Positions 60,954 through 64,000 of a DNA stretch of 64,000 nt are shown here, one piece after another. The notes under the pieces were generated by a model. It was not told the origin of the DNA and did not search any database. It saw only the letters and a list, made by a program, of their open reading frames with translations. The stretch is from positions 29,202,001 through 29,266,000 of the forward strand of contig NW_027361684.1 of assembly GCF_039654945.1 (NCBI RefSeq), read 5' to 3'. Made by a program: the position numbers and the translations under genes. Positions within the stretch are counted from its first letter, which is position 1. Each line of letters starts with the position of its first letter. This stretch comes from Dendrobates tinctorius (lineage: Eukaryota).

Positions 60954-63606
60954 AAAAAGTGAATTAGACCTACCGGTAATTCTGTTTCCTGTAGTCCCTC
61001 AGGACAGCACCATGGAGGTAGTCATTCCTTGACCTATAGCGGGACAGGATCACAGAGAAGTTAAAAGGCCCCTCTCACCTCCCCCCTCCAGTGTTTTTTA
61101 AAAGTACCACCAAGGATGGATGGAAATGGTCTAAACGCGTCTTTACAAACACGTACGTAAGACCCTTTAACGGCTCCATCCCAATCTTGAGCCACGATGA
61201 CCTGATGGATGAACGATCTGCTGGACGACCGATCCCATGCAAGCCTAAACACAAGCCAAAGGGAGGGAACCAAGGGTGCTGTCCTGAGGGACTACAGGAA
61301 ACAGAATTACTGGTAGGTTTAATTCCCTTTTTCCCTTACGTCCCTCTGGACAGCACCATGGAGAATACCAAAGCAAAGGTACAAAGGGTGGGTACAGAAG
61401 CCCAAGGATCAAAGTACTAGGCAAGACCCAGGCTAGATATAGAAGTTATAAGATGAGAAGAAATAGATATCGAAAGGGATCTACAAAGGTAATCACCGTA
61501 GTGAGTGTCTGATATGTGTCTATAATGGCCAATTTCATTATGAATGTGGTAAACAAGATCTGCAGTGGACACAAACCTGCTGTACCCCAATACCCTTAAT
61601 GAACCGCAGTGAATTACAGTTTGTGATAGATACTTATGAACACCGCAGTCACAGAAATAGGTTTAAAAACCTTATTGCCCAGCAAAAGGTATGGTGATGA
61701 CCACAGCCACAATACAATGAGGACTGTACAGACCAGTAATTCACTGTATGTGCTTATAACAGGATAGTTTCTTCGTCGGTCCTCCTGGGCTCGCCTTAAA
61801 CCTTGGCTAGAGACCAGCTTACCATACTACAAGGAGACCTGCAAGCCAGAGACCCTGCACCACTGGAAGATCAAAGCAATAACAGTACATGGAAAATAGC
61901 AGCAGAGCATTGAGACGTATGTCCCCTACTCATCCAGGAGATCATGTGTATTCTGATTCCTTTATATGTCTAAACCCCAAGAAAGGGTTGGATATTATTT
62001 GAAACTAAGGAAATATTCCATCTGGCAGGTAACATCTCCTGCCACTACCAACATTGGGCTTCTCATTAGAAGCATTGAAAGGGAAATGTGGATCCTCACT
62101 CCTGTTTTACTGATGTTAGACACCGGGAGTCTGGACTCTGGAATTGAGGAGCGTAAAGGCCCCGTTACACACAGCGATCTCGCTAGCGAGAGCACTGATT
62201 TTGTGACGTCACAGCGATCTCGCCAGCGAGACTTGTAGTCCCATCGGACGATGCCTGCACAGACCCCCGGACAGTCGGCACAGACCACCGGCAGGCCGGC
62301 ACAGCCCCCCGGCAGGCCGGTACAGACCCCCGGCAGGCTGGCACAGCCCCCCGGCAGGCCGGTACAGACCCCCGCAGCCTGCACAGACCTCCGGACAGTC
62401 GGTACAGACCACCGGCAGGCTGGCACAGCCCCCCGGCAGGCCGGCACAGCCCCCCGGCAGTCGGACGGACCCCCGGCAGGCCGGTACAGACCCCCCGGAA
62501 GGCCCGAACTGACGGCGCATCATGACGCGCACAGACTGTGCACCATGATGTCATTTCGGCAGCCAATCAGAGCCACAGCAGTGGCTCTTTGCATTATGGG
62601 AACTTCCGATTCCGATATCGAAAAAATATCAGTACTCTGTATCGGAATTTCGATACAGCGAATATTGTCCGATACCCGATATTTGCAGTATCGGAATGCT
62701 CAACACTAGTCAAGACACATCTCAGCACATGAGGCTCTAGCCTCAGCTTTGGCACCAGGGCATGAGGCTAGTATCAGCCCAGAGGCCCAGGCCATGAACA
62801 CAACATTCCAACGTGCTCTCACCTGTGCTGGCTCCATACCTGCAAGACAGACAGGGGGGAGCTGGTAACGCCGAGAGCCTACCATGGAGGGAAGCGGCGT
62901 TCGGTCAGGAATATTGTATTACTGCCAGTGATTTCCTCTCCTGTGCCCCATGAGATCCAGGAAACTAGCCAGTTGCCTGTCTCGTTCTGCACTTTCGCGT
63001 TCCGCCGTGGAACGCATGCCGACCTTATGCTGACATCGCCGGCCTTCTCCACCGCCTGATTTTCGGAAGTAGCGGTGTTTTGCCGGCCGGCGTCCGAGCC
63101 GAGAGCCTTCCACCGGGAGGAGCGGCTCAACCCAGGAGCACGTCCGCTCTACTGGTCTTTGGGGCAGAGGGACTCCCCACCGGGGAGTGTCGGCCCTGGG
63201 CCACTTGACAGGGGAAAGGATCGGACGTGCCGCATGTTACCCCTGAGCCCATCATGCAGGCTGGCTGCAGAACTTCGGTATCAGCCACGGTCCGCTTGAC
63301 AGGGGGGGGGGGGGGGGGGGGAGAGAAGGCCAAGACCATCTAGTACAGCGATTGATGGCTGAGGGACCTCTACCCAGAGAGGAATCAGCCCCGCACCACC
63401 TGCCAGGGGGAATTGAAAGCTGTAAAATGTCCACAGGTTATCTTCACTCTAGGAGCAACCTCTCATACAACCGTCCCCTGCTGGGACAGGAAAAAACACT
63501 GGAGTGGAGGTGGGAGGGGCCTTTTAACCTGTTATCCTGTCCCGCTATAGGTCAAGGAATGACTACCTCCATGGTGCTGTCCGGAGGAACGTAAGTGGAA
63601 AAAAAA
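60954..63606 (-). mobile_element. Deleted, non-autonomous DIRS1-like element of a second family
   Basis: ITRs ~61002-61098 / ~63492-63582; ICR ~61275-61363 complementary to both ends; termini in A-runs; no intact ORFs; nested MITE and GC-rich repeat at 62155-62500. Confidence 0.85.
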
Positions 63607-64000
63607 CCCAGAAAAGATCTGATGTGGTCTTGGTCTCGTCCTCATGGTCCCAATCAACAGTGCAACCTGACTCATCACATTGAGAGGAAGGGACAGCATC
63701 ATCAGTGTCACCAAGAAGCTCCACTCTATCCCATAGAAACGTTCAGCTGTTCATCCCTTAAACACTGGAAAGTACCCACCTACTCATACGCACACACTGT
63801 GTCCTAAATTCCTGGCCTTTGAAATGCTGCTATTTCGACTGGTGGAAACAGACAATTTTGAAAAAGAGTAATGGTGGTGGCTGTCCCAGAGTACCAGCTT
63901 CCCGTCTGTACTTTTCCATGTGAACCATCTCTGCCCTGCACACACGTTGCAGACAAAATCAGGTGTGCACTGCGCAACTCCATAAGTGGCAAGGTCTACA

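Overview
Eukaryotic (vertebrate, most likely frog) genomic DNA dominated by transposons and minisatellites; nothing here looks prokaryotic. Two host genes can be reconstructed exon by exon: IFT20 (+, four coding exons 9161-16666, 132 aa, probable non-coding exon 1 at ~5.8 kb) and TMEM97 (-, three exons 37234-32505, 171 aa), arranged tail-to-tail. A CpG-rich, probably bidirectional promoter at ~5.6-5.8 kb likely also drives a leftward gene (TNFAIP1 by mammalian synteny; no coding sequence in the window). Mobile elements: two Tc1/mariner copies, a full-length Gmr1-type Gypsy (SCAN-like gag, PR-INT-RT-RH order, GTAT TSD), a near-intact DIRS1-like tyrosine-recombinase retrotransposon plus a deleted second DIRS, two decayed piggyBac elements, and many hAT, Harbinger and Kolobok/T2 MITEs. 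The most unusual signal is a set of small non-coding, TSD-flanked palindromic insertions inside the piggyBac remnants. The youngest (46167-46740) carries a canonical type-I hammerhead ribozyme on each strand plus octamer and CTCF-like motifs, consistent with a Penelope-like/retrozyme-type system. Coordinates were counted by hand and element edges may be off by a few bases.
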